Assembly (NCBI GenBank): GCA_027339965.1
Contig: DAHWNL010000020.1
Span: forward strand, 1-38,420
Length of the DNA stretch: 38,420 bases
Direction: 5' to 3'
DNA from: Granulicella sp.
GTDB lineage: Bacteria; Acidobacteriota; Terriglobia; Terriglobales; Acidobacteriaceae
Shown here: one piece after another, positions 1 through 8,975 of the stretch
Layout: each line of letters begins with the position of its first letter
How positions within the stretch are numbered: position 1 is the stretch's first letter
Position numbers and translations under genes: made by a program
The notes under the pieces: generated by a model
The model's database searches: none
Seen by the model: the letters and a program-made list of their open reading frames with translations, nothing else
What the model was told of the DNA's origin: nothing

Positions 1-308
1 TCCGGCACAGGCTCGCGGCCCAGCTCGATGCCCACCAAGTGACGCAGGCTGACCGACTCATACAGCGCCCCTTCCACGGCCGGGTCGGCAAGGTTGAACC
101 ACTGTTGCACCAAGTACATCCGCTGCATCCGCTCCCGTCCCCCCGGAGGGCGTCCGTTGCCGGCCTTGGGATAAAACGGCTCGATCTCGGCCCACAACTC
201 ACCCCACGGAACCACGATCTCCATCTGCGAAAGAAACTCTGCACCACGCGTCACCTTCGCGCACTTCTCAAATCCTGCCGCCATCGCCAACCTCTGCTGC
301 TGTTCCAT
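1..308 (-). CDS. IS5-family transposase, N-terminal part (truncated by window edge, possibly decayed)
   Basis: Manual translation from ATG 308: MEQQQRLAMAAGFEKCAKVTRGAEFLSQMEIVVPWGELWAEIEPFYPKAGNGRPPGGRERMQRMYLVQQWFNLADPAVEGALYESVSLRHLVGIELGREPVP. It carries the hallmark IS5 motifs VVPW..IEP.YPK..GRPP and QQWFNL.DP. No stop occurs before the edge. Confidence 0.9.
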   Translation of the reverse strand, partial: MEQQQRLAMAAGFEKCAKVTRGAEFLSQMEIVVPWGELWAEIEPFYPKAGNGRPPGGRERMQRMYLVQQWFNLADPAVEGALYESVSLRHLVGIELGREPVP

Positions 309-379
309 CCCCGCTCACCTCGATGATTGCAAACTAGAACATCGGACGGTGGAAACGTAAGAACTTAATCAGAGTCGCC
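1..379 (-). mobile_element. IS5-family insertion sequence, left end (runs off window edge)
   Basis: Minus strand 379-361 reads GGCGACTCTGATTAAGTTC, resembling IS5-subgroup terminal IRs. It is flanked by CTAT (383-380, close to the YTAR-type target) and lies directly upstream of a transposase start. Confidence 0.8.
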
Positions 380-504
380 ATAGCGTACCCGAGACCTGGG
401 AGTTGGTGAAAAAGCCGCGAACACCAAGCTCTCGATATTGCGCTCCACCTGCACGGAAAGGGCTCCCGGTCGCAGCCACAGCGGTGACGGTTGCGGCATC
501 GAGT

Positions 505-3324
505 TTATGGTAAGAACGCAAGTACGGTAGCCCCCAAAGCGAAATTCGAGAAAAGCTGCGAATATTCGAGCACGCCATACAGGGCGGAGGGCTTATAAGT
601 CTTCTCCGGGGCCATGATCGTATCCCCTGGATAGACCTTGATGTCATCAAACTTGTCGCTCCACAGCCCCTTGTTGGGCAAATAGCCGATGACCTCGCCG
701 TTGGCTCGGATGAGGAACTGCTGCTTGCGGTCAGCGTTGACCGTGAGGCCTCCGGCCATGCGGAGATAGTCGCCCACCTTGCGTCCGGAGATATACAGGA
801 AGGAGTTCTGATCATTGACAGCGCCCACCACGTTCACCGTAGCCGGCACTGACGGAACCATGAACTGGTCGCCGTCGCGTAAAACAATGTCCGGGATGCC
901 GGCGGTGCCGCGACTGTTGGGCTCGAAGTTCAGAACGATGCGTCCGGTGGCGCGGATCTGGCGGAGGCTAGCGATCAGGTTGGCTTCATTGAGCTGCGCT
1001 ACATTGCCTCCGGCCAGGTTCTGAGCCGCCGCCGGAGAGGCGGCTGCCGCCATGTTGCTGCGCTGAATCTGCATGCTCAGGCTCTGCACATACTCGTCAA
1101 TACGCACCTGCTGCATCGCTCGGGTGGACTCGCGCGTGAAGTCCGATCCGTAGAGGTACGCATCCGGCGTCAGGCCGCCGGCATGCTCGACCAGTTGGCG
1201 CAGCGTCTCGCCTGGCCTTACGGAGTACACTCCAGGGTGCGCAAGCTCTCCGCTCAACTTCACCAGCATCGTCTGCTGCGTGATTGGCACTTTGACGTCC
1301 GCCTGAGAGAAGATGGTGACCACGTCGCCTGCCTCCAACTCCAGGTCCTGGGAGCTATCGTGGTCCAGCACCAGTTTGCCCAGGTCAAAGGGGATCAACT
1401 CGGTCTGAAGCGTCTTTGGATTCTGGCGCTGGATGACAGCGTAGCTCCAGTCAATTGCCGGAGCGAGCTGGCTTACCTGGGTGCGTTGTGCAGGCCGTGG
1501 TGCGGTCCCTTCAACCTGCAACTCCTGCTCGGCTACGGAGGAATTGCTCGCGCGTTGCTGTGCCGTTAGCGGTTGGCCGTTCTTTCCCATCGCCGGAGCG
1601 AAAGCGTCGGTCTGCGATCCATAGGCTCCCCCCTGCTGCCCATTTGGGCTCATGCTGTAGGCGCTCTGCGGGGCTCCGTTTGCGCCCTGCGACGATCCTT
1701 GGTAGCTGGCGCCGGGCGGCGGAAACTGCAGTTTAACAGGTTGGTTCTCGTTTGGTTGGCGCATCAAACCGAGCGATGGAACCGGTTCAAACTCCGGTGC
1801 AGGAAGGCCGAGCTGGGCGCGCTTCCACCAGTAGTCTCGGGTGATCAGCGACTGCTGATCCGGGATCAGATCGCTCAGCCTCATCCCCGGGTGCCAGGCA
1901 AACCGGCCCGGATTGGCGACATTGCCGCGTAGCATCACCGTCTTCTCATAAGCCGGAAGGATAGGGAGGACGCGGACCAGTTCGCCGTCGGCCAGGGGCG
2001 TCTCGAGACCCTTGGCATCGTCGCCTACTTCCATGGCGGATCGGTCTTGATGGTCCGCCGTACGCTCTATGGAGATACGCGTCTTGGCTGCTACCGCGGT
2101 AACTCCACCCGCGTCCGCGATTAACTCGCCCAAATTCTCCGGGGACTCGCTTGGAGCCGCATCTTCCGCGGGGTTCGTCTGCAGGCTCTTTCCCTGGCTG
2201 CTCTGCGGCATTGGGTGCATATCGTTGCGCAGCTCATAGATCGCCGGGTTGCGGACGCTGCCCGTAATCGCCGCCTGCGGACCAACCGGTGGAATGAAGA
2301 TAACGTCGCCCGGCAACAGGCTAACGTCCTTCGATTTGTCTCCGTGTACCAGCAACATGTAGAGATCGAAGTCCGTGACCGTCTGTCCGCCGCGGCGCAG
2401 TTCGATGTGCCGCATGGAGCCTTCGACGGAGGGGCCGCCGCTGGCAAACAGCGCATCCACCAGCGTACTGAGAGAACTGACCGTATACACGCCCGGGCGC
2501 CGGGCCTGGCCGGTGACGTAGACCTGGATGGAGCGGATCTGCCCGATGTTGGCGAAGAGATCAAAGTTTTTGTAGACCCTTCCGATCGCGTGGCGTAGCT
2601 GTCTGTCCAGGTCCGAATAGGGAAGGCCGGCAACATGGACTGGCCCCACCTGGGGAAGGTAGACCTCTCCCGAGCGATCCACCTGCACGTTGTCCTGAAA
2701 GTTGACCTGTCCCCAGGTTCGGATGCGTAGTTCATCTCCCGGCCCGATGACGTAATTCGACGGAACCGGAGCCATGCTTAGCGGGGCAAAGGTGGAGGGC
2801 ACTTGGCGGAAGAGGTTGGCGCCGTAGATGGGCAGCACCTGCCCGGTGGTGGATGCGATGAACTTTTGGAATTCGGTAAGAGGCTCGGGCGGCAGCACGA
2901 TCATTGCTGGTGTTGAATTTGCCTGGCCCAGCCTGCCCAAATCGCTGTAGTTCCTGGTCGGGTTCTGTGTGGCCCCCAGACCCATGGTTCCCAGCGCCCC
3001 CGCGGTTCCCATCCCTCCAAGCAGGGGCGAGGTTTGCGGCCCAACGGCGGTTTGTCCTTGAGCCTGCGATGCACACTCCGCTGTTGTCGCCATCATCGGA
3101 TCGGTGCAGTCGACCGAGGTGGAGGGCTGGCCGTTTTCCTGGTAACTCGACAGGGGTGATTGCTGCGCAGTCGCAACGATTCCCAGCGAGGAGATCAGGA
3201 GTAAACCCCCAAATAGCCTAGCAGTACGGGGAAAGAGAACGGTGCAAATACTCGTGGAGCCGGGGCCGGAGAAACTACGGCCCTTGAAAGACGGAGACTC
3301 ACCCATTTGGTCCGAGTCTATCAT
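505..3324 (-). CDS. SLBB-domain polysaccharide export protein (Wza/KpsD-like)
   Basis: Signal peptide, Poly_export motif (YVIGPGDELRI..WG), several SLBB repeats (VTGQARRPGVY, ITGSVRNPAIYEL, LSGELAHPGVY, VVGAVNDQ). Exact start is uncertain. Confidence 0.9.
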   Translation of the reverse strand: MIDSDQMGESPSFKGRSFSGPGSTSICTVLFPRTARLFGGLLLISSLGIVATAQQSPLSSYQENGQPSTSVDCTDPMMATTAECASQAQGQTAVGPQTSPLLGGMGTAGALGTMGLGATQNPTRNYSDLGRLGQANSTPAMIVLPPEPLTEFQKFIASTTGQVLPIYGANLFRQVPSTFAPLSMAPVPSNYVIGPGDELRIRTWGQVNFQDNVQVDRSGEVYLPQVGPVHVAGLPYSDLDRQLRHAIGRVYKNFDLFANIGQIRSIQVYVTGQARRPGVYTVSSLSTLVDALFASGGPSVEGSMRHIELRRGGQTVTDFDLYMLLVHGDKSKDVSLLPGDVIFIPPVGPQAAITGSVRNPAIYELRNDMHPMPQSSQGKSLQTNPAEDAAPSESPENLGELIADAGGVTAVAAKTRISIERTADHQDRSAMEVGDDAKGLETPLADGELVRVLPILPAYEKTVMLRGNVANPGRFAWHPGMRLSDLIPDQQSLITRDYWWKRAQLGLPAPEFEPVPSLGLMRQPNENQPVKLQFPPPGASYQGSSQGANGAPQSAYSMSPNGQQGGAYGSQTDAFAPAMGKNGQPLTAQQRASNSSVAEQELQVEGTAPRPAQRTQVSQLAPAIDWSYAVIQRQNPKTLQTELIPFDLGKLVLDHDSSQDLELEAGDVVTIFSQADVKVPITQQTMLVKLSGELAHPGVYSVRPGETLRQLVEHAGGLTPDAYLYGSDFTRESTRAMQQVRIDEYVQSLSMQIQRSNMAAAASPAAAQNLAGGNVAQLNEANLIASLRQIRATGRIVLNFEPNSRGTAGIPDIVLRDGDQFMVPSVPATVNVVGAVNDQNSFLYISGRKVGDYLRMAGGLTVNADRKQQFLIRANGEVIGYLPNKGLWSDKFDDIKVYPGDTIMAPEKTYKPSALYGVLEYSQLFSNFALGATVLAFLP

Positions 3325-3546
3325 GTGAACTGCGGAGGAAAAGCGCAGTGTCAGGCGAGCCGACCGGGTTCAGGCGCCTCCGAAGACGGACACCATCGTC
3401 ATTCCGGGAGGACCGCGGCGGCAGCGGATTTCGCCACACCGCTTTCGCCGGACAGGGCTCTCCGCTGCTGCGCAGCGGCGTTGCGCTCAGCAGGCAGCCG
3501 TCCGCCGGCAACTCTTTCTATCGCAAAGCACTGAAGACGCTTCCGG

Positions 3547-3576
3547 AACAACAAAGGCGCATCCGTAAGACGCGCC
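3547..3576 (-). terminator. intrinsic terminator of rsbW-rsbV
   Basis: Minus strand GGCGCGTC-TTACG-GATGCGCC hairpin followed by TTTGTTGTT, about 30 nt after the rsbV stop. Confidence 0.7.
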
Positions 3577-3608
3577 CTCGCTAGCCTGAAACAACAGTGC
3601 TCAGGAGT

Positions 3609-3953
3609 CTACGCGAACGCAGCTACCGCGGCAGCCTCATCGTCCTTGACGTCAAACACCGTCAGAAGTTTGGTGATCACCAGCAGGTCGCGCACCTTGC
3701 TGGTCAGGTTCACCAGCTTCAGTTCTCCGCCCGCGTTCTTGACGGCGGTATAGGAGCTCACCAACTCGCCCAGCCCGGAACTGTCAATGTAGCTCACCCC
3801 GGCCAGGTTCAGCACGATCTTTTTGGCCCCTTTGGCCAAGAGCTTTCGCACCTCGTCCCGCAGCGTTACCCCGCCTTCGCCGAGCGTAATCTTCCCGCTC
3901 AAATCCAGAATTGTTACATCACCCGCCTGCCGGGCGATCAATGTCATGCTCAT
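3609..3953 (-). CDS. rsbV: STAS-domain anti-sigma factor antagonist
   Basis: 114 aa with the VSYIDSSGLGEL phospho-Ser motif; overlaps the upstream anti-sigma gene by ATGA. Confidence 0.9.
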   Translation of the reverse strand: MSMTLIARQAGDVTILDLSGKITLGEGGVTLRDEVRKLLAKGAKKIVLNLAGVSYIDSSGLGELVSSYTAVKNAGGELKLVNLTSKVRDLLVITKLLTVFDVKDDEAAAVAAFA

Positions 3954-4432
3954 GCTGATGACTCCTTGTGTGCTCGATGTTTTATCAATTCGATTTCGGT
4001 TCCGGGGCTCAACTGGTGAAAGTGTACCTCATCCATGATGGCCCGCATCAGAAATATCCCCCGCCCCGAACTGCGCAGGATATTCTCTGGCGCGCAGGGG
4101 TCCGGCACCGAGTCCGGATCCAGTCCCAATCCTTCGTCGGCAATTGTGATGCTCAATGTGTCATCGCTCAAGGCAAAGCCGATCTGCACCTTTTTGTTCG
4201 GATCGCGCTTGTTCCCATGCAGAATCGCGTTGATCACCGCTTCGCGCGTCACCATCGCAATCTGGCTGGAGGTGTCTTCATCAAACCCTGCCTGGTGCGC
4301 CAACTGCTCCGCCCGGGTCTCGACCGTCTCGACGCTGGACAGCTCGGAGCCAAGCGTCAGATGGTTGGGCTGACATTCTGAAGGGCGCGCGTCGGTTCCA
4401 GGCTGGCGCGATTTGATGTCCGAATCGGTCAA
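3950..4432 (-). CDS. rsbW: anti-sigma factor Ser/Thr kinase (HATPase_c, RsbW-like)
   Basis: EAVINAILHG (N box), DEGLG (G1), SGRGIFLMRAIMDEV (G2); TTG start with GAGGGA upstream. Confidence 0.88.
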   Translation of the reverse strand: MTDSDIKSRQPGTDARPSECQPNHLTLGSELSSVETVETRAEQLAHQAGFDEDTSSQIAMVTREAVINAILHGNKRDPNKKVQIGFALSDDTLSITIADEGLGLDPDSVPDPCAPENILRSSGRGIFLMRAIMDEVHFHQLSPGTEIELIKHRAHKESSA

Positions 4433-4472
4433 GGCTGCGTGTCCCTCAAAGTGAAAGTATCGAGCAGCACGG

Positions 4473-4541
4473 CTAGAGCGTTTTCAGTGCAAGTATAACC
4501 CGACTCCTCCAGCCCTTCGGGCGCGCTTCTCTTCGAAAATG
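4473..4541 (+). repeat. degenerate left half of the 118-bp MITE
   Basis: CTAGAGCGTTTTCAGTGCAAGTATAACCCGAC... aligns ungapped to the copy at 25591 (40/51 identical by hand count over 4473-4523). No right terminal repeat is recognisable. Confidence 0.75.
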
Positions 4542-4768
4542 AGTTCCTCAGCCGCTGCAAGGAGCTCCTTCAGGCTAGCAACCGTAAGTCCAGAGACCTT
4601 GCCAAGCCAGGAGGCGAACGCCTTGCTCTCCTGCGCCGGCGACTCCGCGGCTTCCAGGAGCAGGGTTCTGCTTCTTCGCCTCGGCCGGTCGAGTCTTTCT
4701 CCAAAAGGGCCTCCGTCGCCGCTTGGCTTGTTTGCCGGCGCAATGCAATGCTCCCGTGCACGGGCTCG

Positions 4769-7474
4769 CTACTTGGGCGCTGGCCCACGGACTACCTGCA
4801 CCAGGTCATCCGGATGAACCAACTTGAAGAATGCCTGCCGAACCTGGTCTGCACTCATCGCGTCGTATCGCTTTGCCGCCAGGATGGGCTCGTCCAGCGG
4901 CAAGCCGAGCCCGGCGCGAGCCAGCAACCCGCTGGCCACCGACTCTTCACTCGACTCGCCAAGCGGAATCTGACGCAGCAGGATGGCCTTGGCCTGGTGA
5001 AGCTCCGCGGGAGAGACATCCTGGGTTCGCATCTGATTCAGATCCCGCACCACCAGCGCGCGCGCCTTGGATACATTCTCCGGATTGCACCCATACTCCA
5101 CGGTATAGGCGGCTCTGGTCTTGTCGGCATCCAGGTCGACGCTTACAAAGTAGACGTACCCAGTCTCCTGGCGCAGGTCGTGGTAAAGCCGTGTCGCATA
5201 GAACCCGCCGCCCAGCACATGATTGCCCAACTGCAGGGGGTAGTAGTCCGCCGAGAGCCGGTTCAGCGGGAGCTGTTCGGAGAGATACACCGTGTCCTGC
5301 ACGGCCTCAGGATCTGCAACGTCGGTTGCCGAGGGCTTGTTCGGCGGGACAGCGGGCAGCGTTGTGCTGGGCTTTGGACCGGTCGCCTTCCATCCGCCAA
5401 ACCACTTCATGATCACGGTTCTGGCCTCCGCCGGGGTTACGTCTCCAATCACCACAATGGTGGTCAGATCCGGACGCAGCGTCGCGTCGTGATACTTCTG
5501 CACGTCAGCCAGCGTCACCTTGGCGAGAGTGGCCGGCGTGGTCTGGCGCAGCGCAGGGTCGCCGGCCGGCAACAGCGCCAGGCTCAGAGCCCGCGAAGTC
5601 TTGTAAGCAGGACTCTTCAGGTCTCCGGCAACAAACATCGAGGTCTGTTGCCGCACTACGTCGAAGGCTTTCTGCGGAAGAGCGGGGTGCAGTTCGTTGT
5701 CGGCCAGAAGTTCCACGCCCCGCGAAAAGTGCTCCTTGAGCACCTCTACAGAAAAGCTGTACCCGGCCGACTCATCGGCGGCAATGTCATCCAGAGCCTT
5801 CTGAAAAGCCAGCCGGTCCATGCTCTGCGTTCCGTAAGAGTAAAGTCCATCCAGAACGTCCTTCACCCCGTCCAGCCCGGGTGACGTCTGTAAGGCGGAG
5901 TTATGGTCCACCGACCCCATGACCGTGACCGTCGGGCTGATGCGATCCGTTTTGACGATCAGTCGGATCCCGTTGGGCAGGGTGCTGTCCGAGATCTGCT
6001 CGTCGTCTGTCGGTACCTTCAGTTTGTCCAGAGCGCTTGCGGCCCATGCCGGCAGCACCACCGGGCGCGTCGGCGCGGAGGTGACCTGCTCGGCGCCGCC
6101 AAAGCCCTTGGAGGCCACCGGCTGTCCGGTCGGTACAGGCCGCAGAGTTGCAGTGATCGAGTTCTGGGCGGTGAGATATTCTTTGGCGACGCGATTCACA
6201 TCGGCCAGCGTGACTCGCTGGAGCGCGTCTACATCCTCTTCGGGTGATTTCCGTCCCTCCGCCGCCAAGGCGTTGGACCACACGTCGGCCAACCCGGGAA
6301 TCGAGTTACGCTGAAACTCCGCACCCGCTACCTCGCTGCGCTTGGCCGCATCCACCAGGTCCGCCGGCACGCCCTTGGTTGCATAATTCTCCAGAATCTG
6401 GCGCATCTGCGCAATCGCTGCTGTCACATCTACTTGCGCCGGCTCCGCCACCAGCCCAAAGCCAACGCTGGCCTTGGGGTAAGACTCGGCCATGCCGAAC
6501 TCCGTGGCCAGCGCCTTGCCCGCTGGAACCATCCCATACAGATCTGCCCTTTGACTGCTGAGAACGTCGGCCAGAATCTGGCTGGCGGCGTAGTCGGAAG
6601 AGTCCGTTCCCGGCATCCGGAAGGCGATGAAGCCCAGCGTATAGGGAAGGTTGCTGTCCAAAGTAAAGCTCTCGGACTTCACTGGAGAGAGATGGATCGG
6701 CGGACGAGGAGGCAGAGGATGACTTGGGATGCTGCCGAAGAGCTGCTTGATCCTGGCCAAAGTTGAGCCGGGGTCCACATCTCCCACGATCACCAGGATC
6801 GCGTTGCCTGGCGTGTACCACTTCTGCTCAAAAGCTCGCAGCATCGCCCCGGTGGTGGCGTCAAACGAGCTTTTCGTCCCCAATGGATCGTGGGCATAGG
6901 GCGTACCTGCGAACATGTCGCCGTTCATGCGATCGATGAACTTGTAGGTGGGGTTGGATAAGTCCCGCGCTACCTCCTGCTCGATGGCTCCGCGCTCCTT
7001 GGCCCACTCGGCCTGCGAGTCATCGATGCCGCGCATGCAGGCCGCGCTGGCCTGCAGCGCTACATCCAGGTCGGCCGCCGGGACAGTCTCAAAGTATTGG
7101 GTGATGTTCTGCTGGGTGTCTGCGTTGTTCTCTCCGCCCATCTGCGCGTAGATGGCGGCCGTCTGGTCGGCTGTCATCCCGGTGCATCCGCGAAAAGCCA
7201 TATGCTCCTGCGCGTGCGCCATGCCTGGGAACCCCGGCGGCGTTTCATCCCCGCCGACGATGAAGTTGTTTTCCACGGTCACTACCGGGGCCAGGGAGTT
7301 GCGCAGGATCACGACGCGCATGCCGTTTGCTAGTGTGGCTCGCACGGCGCCGGTCTCCGTAGCCGCATGCGTGGGCGTCTGTGCAGCGTTTCCGCGGGCG
7401 CCAAAGACGGCCAGCCCGAGCGTAAGTACAAGCATGTTTCTTGAAATCACCTTGTCAACTCCTTTGGAAGCCAT
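4769..7474 (-). CDS. M16 family (pitrilysin/PqqL-like) zinc protease, secreted
   Basis: Inverted zinc motif HAQEH (HxxEH), two M16 halves (TLANGMRV, TLPNGIRL), C-terminal RLYHDLR..GYVY, N-terminal signal peptide. Confidence 0.93.
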   Translation of the reverse strand: MASKGVDKVISRNMLVLTLGLAVFGARGNAAQTPTHAATETGAVRATLANGMRVVILRNSLAPVVTVENNFIVGGDETPPGFPGMAHAQEHMAFRGCTGMTADQTAAIYAQMGGENNADTQQNITQYFETVPAADLDVALQASAACMRGIDDSQAEWAKERGAIEQEVARDLSNPTYKFIDRMNGDMFAGTPYAHDPLGTKSSFDATTGAMLRAFEQKWYTPGNAILVIVGDVDPGSTLARIKQLFGSIPSHPLPPRPPIHLSPVKSESFTLDSNLPYTLGFIAFRMPGTDSSDYAASQILADVLSSQRADLYGMVPAGKALATEFGMAESYPKASVGFGLVAEPAQVDVTAAIAQMRQILENYATKGVPADLVDAAKRSEVAGAEFQRNSIPGLADVWSNALAAEGRKSPEEDVDALQRVTLADVNRVAKEYLTAQNSITATLRPVPTGQPVASKGFGGAEQVTSAPTRPVVLPAWAASALDKLKVPTDDEQISDSTLPNGIRLIVKTDRISPTVTVMGSVDHNSALQTSPGLDGVKDVLDGLYSYGTQSMDRLAFQKALDDIAADESAGYSFSVEVLKEHFSRGVELLADNELHPALPQKAFDVVRQQTSMFVAGDLKSPAYKTSRALSLALLPAGDPALRQTTPATLAKVTLADVQKYHDATLRPDLTTIVVIGDVTPAEARTVIMKWFGGWKATGPKPSTTLPAVPPNKPSATDVADPEAVQDTVYLSEQLPLNRLSADYYPLQLGNHVLGGGFYATRLYHDLRQETGYVYFVSVDLDADKTRAAYTVEYGCNPENVSKARALVVRDLNQMRTQDVSPAELHQAKAILLRQIPLGESSEESVASGLLARAGLGLPLDEPILAAKRYDAMSADQVRQAFFKLVHPDDLVQVVRGPAPK

Positions 7475-7685
7475 GCGGCGTGGCGTATCACGTAGAAAGT
7501 GCGACGGCTTCCATCATAAAGACTTCAGACGGCTCGTGTCCCAGGTTGCGGGGCCAGATCTTGCCGTCGCAGGTCCGAACAACGCTCTGTCGCATGGCAA
7601 CGGCAATGCGCAGCCAACGGTCACAAGCGGCGGCGCATCAGGAAAGATGCGCGGGGCCGAGCCGGCGCTCTGCGGCGAAACCTCC

Positions 7686-8060
7686 ATGACCGCCGTCTTC
7701 CAGATCCTCGCTCCGCTTGTGGTCGCGATCCACCTTGCCTGGATCCTCTGGGTGATCACCGGCGTTCGCTGGACGCGTGGCCGTCCCTGGCTTACGGCAT
7801 TCCATGTGGCGTCCCTGGTCTGGGGCATCGTCGTGGAAACCTGCCCTGTGAACTGTCCGCTTACATTGGCTGAGCAGGCACTGGAAGCAGCAGCCGGGAT
7901 GCGTCCCTGGGCAGGCGGCTTTCTCCTTCACTACTTGGATGCGATCGTCTACCCCAACCTTCCGGTCTCGCTGCTGATCGCCCTTGGAGTTATGGTGTGT
8001 GGCTCCAACCTGCTTATCTATGCCTGGCGCCTGTTCCAGCTTCTCGGTTCCCGGCACTGA
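7686..8060 (+). CDS. DUF2784-family membrane protein
   Basis: From ATG 7686: MTAVFQILAPLVVAIHLAWILW..H..WG....CPLTLAEQAL..GGFL.HYL..IVYP, the typical DUF2784 pattern. The upstream part of the 7152 ORF is spurious. Confidence 0.8.
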   Translation: MTAVFQILAPLVVAIHLAWILWVITGVRWTRGRPWLTAFHVASLVWGIVVETCPVNCPLTLAEQALEAAAGMRPWAGGFLLHYLDAIVYPNLPVSLLIALGVMVCGSNLLIYAWRLFQLLGSRH

Positions 8061-8112
8061 GATTTCACCTCGGGGCAGGGAAGGGCTCAGCCTCCTTGCA
8101 GAGGCGGCAAGG

Positions 8113-8592
8113 TTATGGTTCTTTGCCAGACAGGGTTTTGCGAATCACAAAGATCGACGCTACCAGCACCGATATCAGCAGCGCCAGCATTCCGGCCTCG
8201 ACCATTGCCGCATGGAAATGGTACTGCGTGTCCGGTCCCCACGGTGTGTTGCGTGTAAAGTCCTCGGCCTGCAGCGTCAATACCAGCGTGCGACGGATGA
8301 TGGCAATCAACCCGATGACCAGGAAGGGTTCCACGAACAGGCTGTGGGAGTGAATGGAGATTCGTACCGTGTGCAGGAGCTCCACCAGCATCAGCACCAG
8401 CAGCAGCCGGTCGATCAGAACAAAGATCGTGGCCGAGGCCATCAAGCTGTGAAAATCGCTGACGAACTGGTAGAGACAGCCCGCCACGGCCAGAATCGCC
8501 GTGACTCCCAGCAGGACGCCCAGCACCACATAGATGAGCGTCTCCAGGGCGCCAAGAAGGTTGTAGGAGCGGGATCGTTCGTTCTCTGCCAT
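8113..8592 (-). CDS. phosphate-starvation-inducible PsiE-family membrane protein
   Basis: Four TM segments with LLLVLMLVELLHTV and EPFLVIGLIAIIRR motifs. Confidence 0.8.
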   Translation of the reverse strand: MAENERSRSYNLLGALETLIYVVLGVLLGVTAILAVAGCLYQFVSDFHSLMASATIFVLIDRLLLVLMLVELLHTVRISIHSHSLFVEPFLVIGLIAIIRRTLVLTLQAEDFTRNTPWGPDTQYHFHAAMVEAGMLALLISVLVASIFVIRKTLSGKEP

Positions 8593-8975
8593 ACCAAATG
8601 CGGCCTCGAAGACGGGAAGGTAGCCTGGAAAGCTTGCACCGAACGACCCTGGCGAAATGGAGCCTCGCCTCCCGTGGGTTCTAGAGCAATGTTAACCGAT
8701 CCTGGATGTGATCTCCGATAGGGTAGGCAGGGCTTGATTTCACGGGGATCTTCCTTCGCGGAACGGTTTCTGCCAGGCAGCCAGGGAGTGGCGTCGGCAA
8801 TCTCCTGACGGCGAGCCTTCCGGTCAGCGGTTGTCTTCGTTCCTGCCCATGTCCCCACCTCTGCTCAGATGGCCCAAATGCACAACGGAGGCGCTCGTGA
8901 TCTTGGGGTAAAGAGGGATTGTGCATCCACACCACCGCGTTCCACAGCGCTCCGGTCAAGTGCGGATCTATTGGG

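Noticed and set aside
39..326. 95-aa plus-strand ORF
   Set aside because: Antisense shadow of the IS5 transposase on the minus strand.
4748..5884. Long antisense ORFs (also 8869-9771, 11039-12277, 12287-13147, 29030-30049, 30279-31379, 34685-35860)
   Set aside because: They lie opposite well-supported genes, have no recognisable motifs, and are expected from GC-rich codon bias.
7152..7685. N-terminal extension of the DUF2784 ORF
   Set aside because: It overlaps the M16 gene antisense; family similarity begins only at ATG 7686.
8681..8697. CTAGAGCAATGTTAACC as another MITE end
   Set aside because: Only the first 7 nt match and no partner end was found.
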